A stretch of DNA of 64,000 nt from Gammaproteobacteria bacterium (GTDB lineage Bacteria > Pseudomonadota > Gammaproteobacteria > SZUA-152). This document shows positions 1 through 10,618 of this stretch, one piece after another. The DNA lies in assembly GCA_021647505.1 (NCBI GenBank), contig JAKIUN010000001.1:17828-81827 (forward strand), in the 5' to 3' direction. Position numbers and translations under genes: made by a program. Each line of letters opens with the position of its first letter. The first letter of the stretch is position 1. The notes below the pieces were generated by a model, which saw nothing but the letters and a program-made list of their open reading frames with translations, was not told the origin of the DNA and ran no database searches.

Positions 1-902
1 GGTTGGCGGCACGACGTTCATAAGTTTGTCGGTGGATATACGCGGAGGATTTCTCATTGGGCTCCTTGCGATCCACATTTTGCTGCTTGCCGGCTGACAT
101 GCTGCGAGTAGTCCATGCATAGATCAGGGAATAGAGGATGAAACAGCCTCCGGGAATCAGGGCGGCCCAAAGGACGATGTTGCCGGTCTTCGGGTTCATG
201 TGGGCCGGCGTATACGCCATCAAGGGGTACAGGAGAATGAACAGGGCTAGCAACAAACCGAAATAGACACTCAGGCTCACCAGTGTGCCGCGCAGGATGA
301 CCGCCACCAGTGACAGGGCATTGATGCCGTCGCCGGGGGTGAGATACTTGGCCCCCTGGCGCAGGTAGCGCAGCAATTTGCCTTTGTAGATCTGGTCGAG
401 GCCGGGTGCCGCGCCTGCTGCCTGGGTGTCGTCCGTGTTGGCCTTACGGCGCAGCTCGGGGTTCGAGCCGCATATGGGGTAGGTACCGTAGGGGAAGGTC
501 TGGCGGTCGAGGCCGAAGCGCTTGATGCCGGTGGTGTCTGGGTCGTGTTCCTGTGACAGCAACCAGCTGACGGAGGCACCAATATAGCCACCGCCGGAGA
601 CAGTGGAGAGATAGTCGAAGTTTTTCAGCCAGCCGTTGTGGGCCAAGGCCTGCATCACACCCAGAGAGAAACTCGCGGAGCGGATGCCACCACCGGAGAG
701 GGCAAGGCCGGTGAGCCTAAGCTCGTCGCTACCGCTAGCTTCTTGTTCTGGCAGACCGCGGCGCCGGCGGATGTATTCGAGTTCTTTTTCGATGACTCCC
801 TGTGCGCCAAAGTATTGGATATCCTTGGCATCATATTCGATGTAGCTGTCGGTATCCCCGCCGCTGTTGTCGTTTTCTTTCCCTGAACTATTGTCGGCCA
901 TC
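1..902 (-). CDS. Patatin-like phospholipase family protein with C-terminal transmembrane segments (partial; N-terminus in window, continues beyond position 1)
   Basis: Hand translation of the minus strand from ATG 902..900 is open to position 1. It was not in the ORF track because there is no stop inside the window. Product begins MADNSSGKEN.. and has LALSGGGIRSASFSLGVMQAL (patatin GGGxR oxyanion motif), STVSGGGYIGA (nucleophile-elbow-like) and PGDGIN (DG dyad-like). Hydrophobic helices follow (LVAVILRGTLVSLSVYFGLLLALFILLYPL). Confidence 0.6.
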
Positions 903-1064
903 CCCTTTCTTCCTCTGTTTTCCCCAATTCATGGCGCGTACAGCCTAGCGATAAATATAGGACGAGGGAAGAAGAAGGAGCAAAGTAGCGGGTGCGGGAC
1001 GTGTATTTAGCGGGTAAATACCGGATAAAAATAGAGGGGCAGAAAAAAGGGGAAGGGGCAATGC

Positions 1065-1196
1065 CATTAAGTTAAGCCTGAGATCCTGCTTGTTGTAGGT
1101 TGGTGGTGAGCCTGCGAACCCCAACGAAGCCAACAATGTTGGGGTTCCTTCGTCACCGCCAACCTACAAAACAGTCGTGATTTTGTTAACTTAATG
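1065..1196. repeat. Long imperfect nested hairpin (~130 nt) in the intergenic region: outer arms cattaagttaa/ttaacttaatg, inner arms ggttgg(t/c)ggtga / gaaccccaac...gttggggttc
   Basis: Reverse-complement matches read directly; lies between the divergent patatin-like gene start and the lipoprotein gene. Confidence 0.5.
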
Positions 1197-1252
1197 ACAT
1201 TGGGGGAAGGGGCATTTTCCCGTCCCCCCTGTCGTTGATCTCATTGCTTCGT

Positions 1253-1714
1253 CTAATTGATGACCGAGGCGCTGGAGGCGAAGAGAATCATGTCAAAGGT
1301 GCGGTGCAGGCTCTTGCTATCGTAGTTGTGCATCACCGCAGCCTCGCCCCATTGCACCTTGTCGTTGGGTTGCGCGCGCATCATGGTGACGGCAACCCAC
1401 AACGGTTTGTCACTACCGACATCGACCTTCATGTAGGTGTAGCCGGAAGCATGCATCAGTTCCAGCACGGTACCCTGCCTGGGCATTTTCGCGGCTTCGG
1501 CCAGCGCCTGCTGTTGGGCGAGGCTCAGTGGCTGACCTGCGGGTGCGGCGGACTGCGGGGCGGGTGTCTGTTGGGCCGGCGCTTGTTGAGCCGGCGCCTG
1601 TTGGGCCGGCGCGGCGGCGGGATCCTCAGCCTCTGATTTGGCGTCGTCGGAATCGGAGCAGGCGGCCAGGGCCAGCAGAGCGGCGCTGAACGCCAGGGCG
1701 GAAATACGTTTCAT
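1253..1714 (-). CDS. Lipoprotein with APAQQ low-complexity repeats and a C-terminal small beta domain
   Basis: ORF 1253..1753; likely start MKRISALAFSAALLALAAC (signal peptide + lipobox LAAC) at ATG 1714; three QQAPA repeats. Confidence 0.55.
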   Translation of the reverse strand: MKRISALAFSAALLALAACSDSDDAKSEAEDPAAAPAQQAPAQQAPAQQTPAPQSAAPAGQPLSLAQQQALAEAAKMPRQGTVLELMHASGYTYMKVDVGSDKPLWVAVTMMRAQPNDKVQWGEAAVMHNYDSKSLHRTFDMILFASSASVIN

Positions 1715-1807
1715 TGGAATTGTCCCTTGAAAATTTGCCCAATACTCTAGCACAGACAGGGGATTTTCGGCTATCGGGGAGCAACCCGCAGGGCAAGGCC
1801 GTTTTCC

Positions 1808-2653
1808 CTAACCCAACAGGCGCAAAGACAGATCCACGGCCTGCACATCCTTGGTGATGGCGCCGACAGAGATATAGTCAACGCCAGTCCCGGCAATAGC
1901 ACGGAGGGTGTCGAGATTGACGTTGCCTGAGGCCTCCAGCCTGCTGCGCCCGGCGGTGAGCACCACCGCCTCACGCATCATGGCGAGATCCATGTTGTCG
2001 AGCATCACGGTATCAGCACCGGCGTCCAGCGCCTGTTGCAACTCCATGAGATTTTCCACTTCCACTTCCACCGGCTTGCCGGGGGCGATTTCCCGCGCCC
2101 GGCTCACAGCCTGTGCGATGCCACCCGCGGCGAGGATGTGGTTTTCCTTGATCAGGAAGGCATCGAACAGGCCCATGCGGTGATTCCGTGCACCGCCGCA
2201 AGCAGTAGCGTACTTTTGTGCCGAACGCAGGCCGGGCAGGGTCTTACGGGTGTCGAGCAGACGCGCGCCGGTGTTGACGATGGCGTCGACGTAGCGACGG
2301 GTCTGGGTGGCGGTAGCACTGAGGGTTTGCAGAAAATTGAGCGCAGCGCGCTCACCGCTGAGCAAGCTGCGGGCCGGGCCACGCAGTTGGCACAGGGTCT
2401 GGTTTGGGCGCAGGCGTTCGCCGTCGCGGGCCTGCCAAATCACTTGCACACGGCGGTCGAGCTGGCGGAATACCGCGTCGAACCAAGCCGTACCGCAAAG
2501 TACGGCGGCTTCGCGGACGATAACCCGACCATGGGCCTCTGCGTCCGCCGGAATCAAGCATGCGGTGATATCGCCACCGCCAATGTCTTCGGTCAGGGCG
2601 TGGCGCACTACGGCGTCGATGTCGGCAGGCAGGGTGGGAAGCGATGCTGGCAT
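1808..2653 (-). CDS. nadC: Nicotinate-nucleotide pyrophosphorylase (carboxylating), quinolinate phosphoribosyltransferase
   Basis: 281 aa; family-typical blocks ([56 protein letters not shown]). Confidence 0.85.
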   Translation of the reverse strand: MPASLPTLPADIDAVVRHALTEDIGGGDITACLIPADAEAHGRVIVREAAVLCGTAWFDAVFRQLDRRVQVIWQARDGERLRPNQTLCQLRGPARSLLSGERAALNFLQTLSATATQTRRYVDAIVNTGARLLDTRKTLPGLRSAQKYATACGGARNHRMGLFDAFLIKENHILAAGGIAQAVSRAREIAPGKPVEVEVENLMELQQALDAGADTVMLDNMDLAMMREAVVLTAGRSRLEASGNVNLDTLRAIAGTGVDYISVGAITKDVQAVDLSLRLLG

Positions 2654-3088
2654 GCGTTTTTGTGTCCGTTGATGACAGGATTACAGGCGGCGTCATTAGC
2701 TGCTGCGCGGCTGATACTAAAGATTTGCTCCCGGTCGGACAAGTGCGCCAATAAGACTTCGCATTAAACTTGACAGCGATATTTATCTGTAATTCAACCA
2801 GGCCGAATGGCTTTTAGATATGGACTCTACGGACGGAAAAAGATTAAATATTGTACAGATTCCGCCGATAGATAGGTGGGTAATACATACCAGCCCTAAT
2901 GCACAGACCCGGGCGTACGATTTTCCCGCATTCGGTTCCTCAGTTGCACTCACTATCATGCAAGACAAAAAATCAGAGCGGTATACATAACCACCAGCTT
3001 TTGCTAGTGGCTATGTAGTTTGTTGATGTATTCTTGCTGTGGAATTTTTAATTTAGCGTAAAAATTCTAAGCATGGCAAAGAAAAATG

Positions 3089-3472
3089 TTATCTCATTAA
3101 AGCCTTTTCAGGAGCGCGAGGTAATTGCTTATTTACAGAAGAACACTTCGTTATATTATTGCAGCTCTTTTCACTACCAAGAAGAAGCGTGCATTCTCCA
3201 GTAACATCATCTTCGCCCATGCAAAAGAAAACCTCTTCTGATGAAGGATTAATAGAAGAGACTGAGCCTTTTATGCACGGATTTAAATTTTCACAGCTTT
3301 CTTCTGTTCCAAGATACAGCGTGCATCGATCAAACTGGTTCATTCCAAAACACCAGACAGGTGAACTACCATTATGAATTTGAATAGATGAAGCCGCAGA
3401 TGCCACGTTAACTGCCAGCATTAAAAACACCACCAAGCCGAACTGAACTTTAAATTTATTAATTTTTTTCAT
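3089..3472 (-). CDS. Small secreted cysteine-rich protein with an internal duplication (hypothetical)
   Basis: ORF 3089..3637; plausible start MKKINKFKVQFGLVVFLMLAVNVASA (signal peptide) at ATG 3472; two similar C-x-LxLGxExSCxNxxxC modules; embedded in AT-rich DNA (2.7-4.0 kb). Confidence 0.45.
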   Translation of the reverse strand: MKKINKFKVQFGLVVFLMLAVNVASAASSIQIHNGSSPVWCFGMNQFDRCTLYLGTEESCENLNPCIKGSVSSINPSSEEVFFCMGEDDVTGECTLLLGSEKSCNNITKCSSVNKQLPRAPEKALMR

Positions 3473-4057
3473 CTTAATTACCCTATAATTAAAGTTAAAT
3501 TTATGCTTGACAACTGACAAAATATTTCGCCGCAGAAAAAATAATTGAACTGCATCAGCCATCAGCGCGTAAAGAATATAGCTAGAAATAAAACTATTCT
3601 GTGAATTTTTGGCAAAAATTTTATGCAGTATCCACATTCAATGTTATTGAATAAATAGTAACCACCTTCAAGAAGTCAGAGAACCCTCTTTTTTCTTGAA
3701 AAGCGAGAAGGGAGTGGCACACACCATGATTCATCGAACAAGCAACAACCTACATTTACAGCCTTCTATTCCGTACTATTTATAGGTCATGGTGCGGTAA
3801 ATCAGTTCATACACAAGCAACTGCTACGCAGGAACTGGCCAGCCCCAAAAAAACCGGAAGAAAATACTGGGAATTTGCAGTATATACGCGCAATGAAACA
3901 CCATGGTGGCCACACTTAAGGGCAGGTTATGCCCCTGTTGCACGATGTGCAGAACCACAATAATGCCGTGACTTGCGAGCATACAAGTGTTAGAGTTTTT
4001 GTGGATTTCTCAAGAAAAAATTAACTTTTATCAAGCTCGGATTTAAGGGGAAAAATT

Positions 4058-4486
4058 ATGGCGCATTTATTAAAGACACTGTTGATTCTGCCACTTTTGC
4101 TGATTTCAAGTGCACAGGCTGACGAGTCGCAACAAAGAGCGCCATCACCTGAGGGTGCCAGGCTGTATATCATTTCCCCGGCCGATGGTGAAACCGTCAG
4201 CAAAATGGTCACGGTAAAGTTTGGCTTGCAGGGCATGGGAGTGTCGCCTGCGGGCCTGGATAAGGCGGCAACCGGTCATCATCATTTGATCATTGACGGA
4301 GAAAAGCTGCCTGATTTGAACAAGCCTCTGGGTAATGAGGTAATCCATTTTGGTGGTGGCCAAACTGAAAAGACCATTGAGCTAACTGAAGGCAAGCATA
4401 CGCTGCAATTGATTTTGGGCGACTATCGTCATATCCCCCACAACCCGCCAGTGATATCAGAAAAAATAACCATTTTTGTTAAGTGA
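4058..4486 (+). CDS. DUF4399-family periplasmic protein
   Basis: 142 aa, signal peptide MAHLLKTLLILPLLLISSAQA, HHHLIIDG and HFGGGQTE motifs recalled for DUF4399. Confidence 0.6.
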   Translation: MAHLLKTLLILPLLLISSAQADESQQRAPSPEGARLYIISPADGETVSKMVTVKFGLQGMGVSPAGLDKAATGHHHLIIDGEKLPDLNKPLGNEVIHFGGGQTEKTIELTEGKHTLQLILGDYRHIPHNPPVISEKITIFVK

Positions 4487-4609
4487 TAAAAATGTATACC
4501 TAACAAAGCCGTGGATATAAAGCCAGGCTTAAAGAGTGGTTTTTTCTGGTGTGCTCACTCACGCTCTAGCAATTTACCTCGCTGTGGCTGAGCATGCCGC
4601 CAACGCCCC

Positions 4610-5155
4610 TCAATCAAAACCGATGACCACCCGGATCCGACCGTCTTCAACGCGCATGGATTTCATGTTGCTCATGGACAGCGAGTGATTGATATCTTGT
4701 TCTCGCACTTGGTGAATACGCACCAAGGGCAGCGTTTTTATCAATATATCGGACAGGCTGGCGCGAAATGTCTTTCGGGACTCGTCGGTGATATCTTTCA
4801 TGGTGAAGCCGCGAATTTTTGGGTTCGCCAAAAACAGTTCGCCGGTCGAGGGTTTGTAGTGCAAACCAACGTCGGCGACTACCCGCCCCCGCTTCCGGCC
4901 TTCGCCCGGAATGCTGGCGAGCAGCGGAATGTCCAACTGCAATTTGTCCGCATCTTGTCTCAGTATGACCATAGGCTCGGATAGCGTCAGCCGTGCCGCT
5001 GCGCGATATTCATGCAACGGAAAATACATAAGCAAGGCGCTTTGTATACGTGCGCTGTCGACAGTAAAGAAATAGGCGGCAAAGGCCTTTGCCGGAAGCA
5101 GCAATGCCAGGCAGATGAGCAAGCGGCAAATGAAGCGGAATTTCTCTAGTGTCAT
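4610..5155 (-). CDS. DUF1439-family lipoprotein (YceB-like)
   Basis: ORF 4610..5200; likely start MTLEKFRFICRLLICLALLLPAKAFA at ATG 5155. Confidence 0.55.
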   Translation of the reverse strand: MTLEKFRFICRLLICLALLLPAKAFAAYFFTVDSARIQSALLMYFPLHEYRAAARLTLSEPMVILRQDADKLQLDIPLLASIPGEGRKRGRVVADVGLHYKPSTGELFLANPKIRGFTMKDITDESRKTFRASLSDILIKTLPLVRIHQVREQDINHSLSMSNMKSMRVEDGRIRVVIGFD

Positions 5156-5196
5156 ATCATGGGAAACCGGAAATAGCCCCGAAGCATAACACCAAT

Positions 5197-7035
5197 TCAT
5201 GCCTGCGGATTGTCTGTCCAGCCGAGTTTTGACGCCAGTCCTGAGCTGCGCCGTATGCGCTCACGGCAGCCCTGTAGCAGGGCCGGCGCACTAGCGCTGA
5301 CGTGCAGTTGACGACGGGCGCGAGTGATGCCGGTATAGATGAGCTCGCGGCTGAGCAAGAGATTCGCCGCCTCAGAAGGCAGCACCAGAAGCACCCGCTC
5401 GAATTCCGAGCCTTGCGACTTGTGCACCGTCAGCCCCCAGGCGGAAACATACTTGGGCAGACTGCGCAGTGGTATGTCGCGCAACTGTCCGTCCGCGACG
5501 CGGAACCAGGCGCGCAGATCACCCCGGACATCCCGCCACAACAGACCGATATCACCGTTGTATAATCCCACTTCGTAATCATTCACGGTGACCATCACTG
5601 GCTTGCCGTGGCATTCCTCGCCTGCCTCGATCAGGCCCCGTGCATGCAGGCGTTCGCCGATGATGCGGTTCACTTCGTCAACACCGAACGGGCCATTGCG
5701 CAGGGCGCACAGCACGCGGATTTGCTCGAAGGCGTCCAGTGCTGCACCGATCTCATCACAGTGCAGATAGACGGCGTATTGCGTCACCGCCCACTCCAGG
5801 GCATCAGCGGAGATAGTCCGTTCATTATTTTCGTGCCAGAGCAACTGTCCTGATGGATCATCGCGCAACAAGGCCAGCGCTGCCCCGCCCTCCCCTGCGT
5901 TGACCCACTGCGCCAGCTGGCCGATGCCACTATCGGCGGCAAAGCGGTAACTGGTTCGCAGCAGGCCGATGGCATCGGCGATAGACGGTGCCGCGTCACT
6001 TACCGGCAGTGCCACCACGGGCGTGTCCGTGTGCAGGGCGAGGAATTGCACCTGGGCAGTGGAATAGCAGATGGGCTGACCGTGGCCGGTGATGTCGCCC
6101 AGTACATTACCTGCCTCCACTGAGGCCAGCTGGTCGCGGTCGCCGAGCAGGATGATGCGTGCATGATCCGGCAGTGCCGTCAGCAGCCGCGCCATCATGG
6201 GCAAGTCGATCATCGATGCCTCGTCCACCACCAGGCAATCCAGCACCAGCGGATTACGGCGATGGTGGGCAAAGTGACGGCCGTTGAAACCGAGCAGGCG
6301 GTGCAGAGTGGTGGCCTGGTCGGGGATGCGCGCGCGCAACTCATCGGCGATATTGATACCGGCCTTGCGCTGGCGTATGGCGTCCACCATACGTGCAGCG
6401 GCCTTGCCCGTCGGCGCGGCGAGGCGAACATGCATCTCCGGGTGCTGTTCCAGCAGCAGTGCCAGCACCTTGACGACGGTAGTGGTCTTGCCGGTGCCGG
6501 GGCCGCCGGAAATCACCGCGAAGCGCTGCGACACGGCCAGTGCTGAGGCGATCTTTTGCCAGTCCGGGCCGCTATCGCTGACAGGGAACAGGCGCGCCAG
6601 TCCACTGGCCAGGCGCACCTCATCCAACACTGGCGGCGACGCCAGGCGGGCAGAGATCGACGCCAGCACCTGCTGCTCAAACTGCCACAGGCGATGCAGG
6701 TAGAGCCGTTCACCCTCGAGAATCAATGGGGCAAACTCACCGGGCCGGCCCACCGCCGCATCGGCCGCCAGTTCACGCAGCCACTGTGTCAACTCGGGTG
6801 CGCGCGACGGCGTCATGGACGGATCCGCATCACCAGCGAACAGTGGTGCGCCGGCATAGCGACGCAGATCCACGCACACGTCGCCCTGCTGGTTACGCTC
6901 ACTTACCAGCACCGCGCTCAGCACCAGGGTATCGTCCTCGTTGCGCTGGTATTTGTCGGCCAGGAAACGAGCGAAAAAATAGGCCAGCGGGCTCAGACTA
7001 CCGGCCTGCATCACGGCATATAGGCGGCTATTCAA
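5197..7035 (-). CDS. recD: Exodeoxyribonuclease V alpha subunit
   Basis: 612 aa, Walker A ISGGPGTGKTTTV, helicase motifs; overlaps recB stop; third gene of recC-recB-recD. Confidence 0.9.
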   Translation of the reverse strand: MNSRLYAVMQAGSLSPLAYFFARFLADKYQRNEDDTLVLSAVLVSERNQQGDVCVDLRRYAGAPLFAGDADPSMTPSRAPELTQWLRELAADAAVGRPGEFAPLILEGERLYLHRLWQFEQQVLASISARLASPPVLDEVRLASGLARLFPVSDSGPDWQKIASALAVSQRFAVISGGPGTGKTTTVVKVLALLLEQHPEMHVRLAAPTGKAAARMVDAIRQRKAGINIADELRARIPDQATTLHRLLGFNGRHFAHHRRNPLVLDCLVVDEASMIDLPMMARLLTALPDHARIILLGDRDQLASVEAGNVLGDITGHGQPICYSTAQVQFLALHTDTPVVALPVSDAAPSIADAIGLLRTSYRFAADSGIGQLAQWVNAGEGGAALALLRDDPSGQLLWHENNERTISADALEWAVTQYAVYLHCDEIGAALDAFEQIRVLCALRNGPFGVDEVNRIIGERLHARGLIEAGEECHGKPVMVTVNDYEVGLYNGDIGLLWRDVRGDLRAWFRVADGQLRDIPLRSLPKYVSAWGLTVHKSQGSEFERVLLVLPSEAANLLLSRELIYTGITRARRQLHVSASAPALLQGCRERIRRSSGLASKLGWTDNPQA

Positions 7036-10000
7036 AGTTAGCCTCCGGTGCGAACAGCTGCCGATCCAGCCAGTCGATCAAGGCTTGGTCCGGCAGATCA
7101 AAATGGATACCGAAGCACGGCCCGCTGGCGGGCCGCATGCCGCGCAGGAACAGATAATAGACGCCACCGAAGTGCGTACCGTAATCGTAGTCGGCGAGAC
7201 GCTGGCGCAGATAGCGATGCAGGGCCAGGGCGTACAACAGGTATTGCAGATCATAGCGGCGATCCAGCACCGCCTGGCGCAGCTTGGCCGGCGTGTAATC
7301 GTCCAGTGCACCGCCGAGGAAATTGCTCTTGTAGTCGGCAATATAAAATCGGCCATCGTGCTCAAAGATGAGATCAATGATGCCGGTGATCATGCCACGG
7401 AAGTCGTCAATTTCGATAGGCGCAAGGGGCTGGTTCGCCACCGCTTGTAAGCGCGTATTGAGGGCCGCAATGTCAACCCCGCCGATGGCGAAATCGAATA
7501 CCAGTTCGTTGAGCCGCCGGCCGTTAGCGAGCTGCCGCAGACACAGGCCCCGGGTATCCAGCGGCGTATCGACAACATCGCGCATCCATTGTTGCAGGGT
7601 GTCGTGGTGGCGTTCGGGGTCGAGACCGAAACGCGGCGCCAGCTGTTTCGTCAGAGTCGCCACCTGCGTCTCCACATCGGCCTGAAAATCCAGCCGCTCC
7701 AGCAACAGATGCAGGAAGGAGCCCACGTGACTACCTGCGGGGAAATTCAATACCGGATCCTCGCCGCGCGGGCTGCCGCCACGGTGGATCTGATGGATGT
7801 CACGGGTCAGGGCGGTGAAGCTGGCCACGCGCCAGTCACTGGCAATGGCGCCCTCAAAGCTGGCCGGGGCCAGTGGCGGCGGCGGTGTCTGCGACAACAC
7901 TGCGCTGCCGTCCACCGAGGCCTGCGGCAGGTCGCACAGTTCTATGCAGGGTGTAATATCGGCCAGCCTTGTCAGGTCGGCATCCAGATCCGCGCCGGTG
8001 CCGAAGGCATCGGGCAGGCCGTGGGTCAGATCGTCGGGCGTTTGCGCGGGATGCAGCAGATAGCCCAGTGCCGTCGAGCCGGAGTCACATTTCCGGTTAC
8101 CCCCGGTGGCCACATGCCCCCAGGCCAGATAGACCTTGGCTTGGGCACGCGTCAGCGCCACATAGGCCAGGCGGATGTCCTCGGCGAGGCGCTCTTTTTC
8201 TGCCAGCCGTAGTTGTAGGGAATCTGCGTGCACTGCAGCATCGAGAAAGGCACGCTTCTGTTCGTCATGGAAAGCGACCAGCTCGCCCCGAAATTTCGGG
8301 GCACGACAGGCCCACAGGAAGGGCAGAAACACCAGCGGATACTCCAGTCCCTTGCTCTTGTGAATGGTGACGATGTTGACCAACGCCTCGTCACTCTCCA
8401 GGCGCAGCTCGGCCTCTTCGTCGGCGTTATCGCGCATCTGCTGCCGGTACCAGCTGAGCAGGGCATCCATGCCCGGATGGGTCTTGGAGGCCGCCTGCAA
8501 CAGTTCGCCCAGGTGCAGCAGGTTGGTGAGGCGGCGTTCGGCGTTGTCCAGTGCGGCGATGTTGCGGCCGATGTTCAAATGCTGCAACAAGGCCTGAAAC
8601 ATGCTCATGAAACCACGCTGCCGCCACAGGCGATTGAGTTCGCGCAGCTCGTCCACCCAAGTCAGCCAGCGCGCCTCGTCGAAGGCGGTCTGCGCCATGT
8701 CATTGTAGCTCAGGCCGAGCAGGTCGCTGGCCAGGGCATTGCGCGCATGGCTGCGGTCGTTGCACTGGATCACCGCCTGCAGTAACAGCTCAAGCCCCGT
8801 CGCCTCGGTGCTTTCAAAGACCTTGTCGCGGCCCACGCTGACGGCAGCGATGCCGTGCAGCTGCAGTGCCTTGCGCACATCGGTGGCTTCGTAATTGTTG
8901 CGCACCAGCACGGCAATATCACCCGGCCGCAGCGGGCGATCACCCAGCGTCACCTCACCGTGCGCGGCCAGACTCAGCAGGCGGGCGATCTCCGCCGCAG
9001 TGGTCGCCACCAGGTCGGACTGCGCCTGCGTCTTGCTCGGCGGCTTACCCTTTTCGTCAGGCGGGATGCGCCACAGAGTAAGCGGCGCGACGGCCTGCCC
9101 ACCCTCGGCCAGCAGTCGGTGCGAAGCACCCTTCTCTGCCTCGGTGGCCGCGCGTACCGGCTGGTAATCGATGGCCTCACTGTAGACGAAGGGATCGGCG
9201 CGGAAGGTGAATACGGCGTTCACCGCCTCGATGAGGCCTGGCACCGAACGCCAATTGGTGTCGAGGCTGTAACGGCTGTCGACGGCATCGGCCTTGGCGC
9301 GCATATAGGTGAAAATGTCGCCACCGCGAAAGCTGTAGATGGCCTGTTTGGGATCGCCAATCATGGTGAGCCCACAGTCTGGCTGATCGGAATAGAGGCG
9401 ACGAAAGATGCCGTACTGCAGGGCGTCCGTGTCCTGGAATTCATCGATCATGGCGGCGGGGAAGCGCTGGCGCAGACTCTCTGCCAGCGCCGGGCCCTGC
9501 GGGCCGTCGAGGGCCTCGTGCAGCAGGGTGAGCAGGTCGTTGAAGGCCATGCTCTGGTTCTGCTGTTTGGTCTGGCGCACCTGTTGTTTGGCGAAGGCCG
9601 TGGACTCGGCAAGGGCGGTGCTGCGCAGTTGCTCGCTGATCTTCTGCCGCTTGTCCAGCACCTGTTGGCAGGCAACAAAGAAGGGGGCTTGCAGCAACGG
9701 ATCCTTGCCAAGCTGCGAAGGTTTTGTATTTTTCTCCAGCGTGGCCGCTGCCAGCATCTTGAATTCATCGGGCAAGGTCTGCAACTCGTCGGAGGCGAAC
9801 CAGTCATCCAGGATTTCAAATTTGGCTGGCAGATTCTCCTCTTTGTAGAAACCTTTTTTCTCACGCTTCAGCGCCTTCGAGGTAAGCAGGATCTCTTGCA
9901 GCTCTGCACCACGCTGTTGCCATTCACTGGCAATGTTACGCATTTCATCTACCAGCGCACGCCATGCCGCAAAGCAGGCCGGCAGCCCACCATCGACCTG

Positions 10001-10618
10001 CGGCAGCAGGGTCTTTTCAAAGGCCTGCCGCAGCGGTTGTTGCAGCCTGATGAAAGCATCCAGGGTGCCCACGGCATCCGTGAGCAGGGTCACGTCCTGC
10101 GGATCGAGTTCGTAGGCGCTGCGCCGCCACCAGTCCTTGAGGGCCGTGATCCACAGCTCGCTGTCGTCGCTGCTCAGATTCACGTCGAAAGACTGGCCGC
10201 TGTTGAAGGCGTGATCGGTGAGGGCGCGCTGGCAGAAACCATGAATGGTGTAGATGGCCGCCTCGTCCATGCTGCGCACGGCCAGCTTGAGGCGCTCGAT
10301 GGCGGCCTGTTGCCCGCTCTCTTCGGCAAGCCGTTGCCGCAGTGCATCGAGGAATGGATCACCACCTGACGGCGGGTCTTGCAGCAACTGCAGGGTCTGA
10401 TACAGACGCGCGCGGATGCGCCCACGCAGCTCTTCGGTAGCGGCATTGGTGAAGGTGACGACGAGGATCTCGCCGACGCCGTAACCGGCCAGCACATGGC
10501 GCAGGTAAAGATTGCCGATGGTGTAGGTCTTGCCGGTGCCGGCGCTGGCCTCGATCAGCTTGATGCCGGTCAGCGGCAGGGCGAGGGTGGTCTGCGGATC
10601 GAGGACGATGGGGTTCAC
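7028..10618 (-). CDS. recB: Exodeoxyribonuclease V beta subunit
   Basis: 1196 aa, N-terminal UvrD-like helicase (LIEASAGTGKTYTI), C-terminal nuclease domain. Confidence 0.9.
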   Translation of the reverse strand: MNPIVLDPQTTLALPLTGIKLIEASAGTGKTYTIGNLYLRHVLAGYGVGEILVVTFTNAATEELRGRIRARLYQTLQLLQDPPSGGDPFLDALRQRLAEESGQQAAIERLKLAVRSMDEAAIYTIHGFCQRALTDHAFNSGQSFDVNLSSDDSELWITALKDWWRRSAYELDPQDVTLLTDAVGTLDAFIRLQQPLRQAFEKTLLPQVDGGLPACFAAWRALVDEMRNIASEWQQRGAELQEILLTSKALKREKKGFYKEENLPAKFEILDDWFASDELQTLPDEFKMLAAATLEKNTKPSQLGKDPLLQAPFFVACQQVLDKRQKISEQLRSTALAESTAFAKQQVRQTKQQNQSMAFNDLLTLLHEALDGPQGPALAESLRQRFPAAMIDEFQDTDALQYGIFRRLYSDQPDCGLTMIGDPKQAIYSFRGGDIFTYMRAKADAVDSRYSLDTNWRSVPGLIEAVNAVFTFRADPFVYSEAIDYQPVRAATEAEKGASHRLLAEGGQAVAPLTLWRIPPDEKGKPPSKTQAQSDLVATTAAEIARLLSLAAHGEVTLGDRPLRPGDIAVLVRNNYEATDVRKALQLHGIAAVSVGRDKVFESTEATGLELLLQAVIQCNDRSHARNALASDLLGLSYNDMAQTAFDEARWLTWVDELRELNRLWRQRGFMSMFQALLQHLNIGRNIAALDNAERRLTNLLHLGELLQAASKTHPGMDALLSWYRQQMRDNADEEAELRLESDEALVNIVTIHKSKGLEYPLVFLPFLWACRAPKFRGELVAFHDEQKRAFLDAAVHADSLQLRLAEKERLAEDIRLAYVALTRAQAKVYLAWGHVATGGNRKCDSGSTALGYLLHPAQTPDDLTHGLPDAFGTGADLDADLTRLADITPCIELCDLPQASVDGSAVLSQTPPPPLAPASFEGAIASDWRVASFTALTRDIHQIHRGGSPRGEDPVLNFPAGSHVGSFLHLLLERLDFQADVETQVATLTKQLAPRFGLDPERHHDTLQQWMRDVVDTPLDTRGLCLRQLANGRRLNELVFDFAIGGVDIAALNTRLQAVANQPLAPIEIDDFRGMITGIIDLIFEHDGRFYIADYKSNFLGGALDDYTPAKLRQAVLDRRYDLQYLLYALALHRYLRQRLADYDYGTHFGGVYYLFLRGMRPASGPCFGIHFDLPDQALIDWLDRQLFAPEANFE

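Noticed and set aside
8855-10369. 504-aa plus-strand ORF inside recB; also long antisense ORFs 16665..17816 (-), 58084..58935 (-), 58972..60024 (-), 62098..62691 (-), 62902..63606 (-), 52921..53649 (-) and 33577..34059 (+)
   Set aside because: High-GC antisense or alternate-frame ORFs overlapping well-supported genes (recB, DUF3108/tRNA, mshL, mshM, mshE, the dihydroorotate-dehydrogenase gene, ABC ATPase). No domain content; typical GC-driven open frames.
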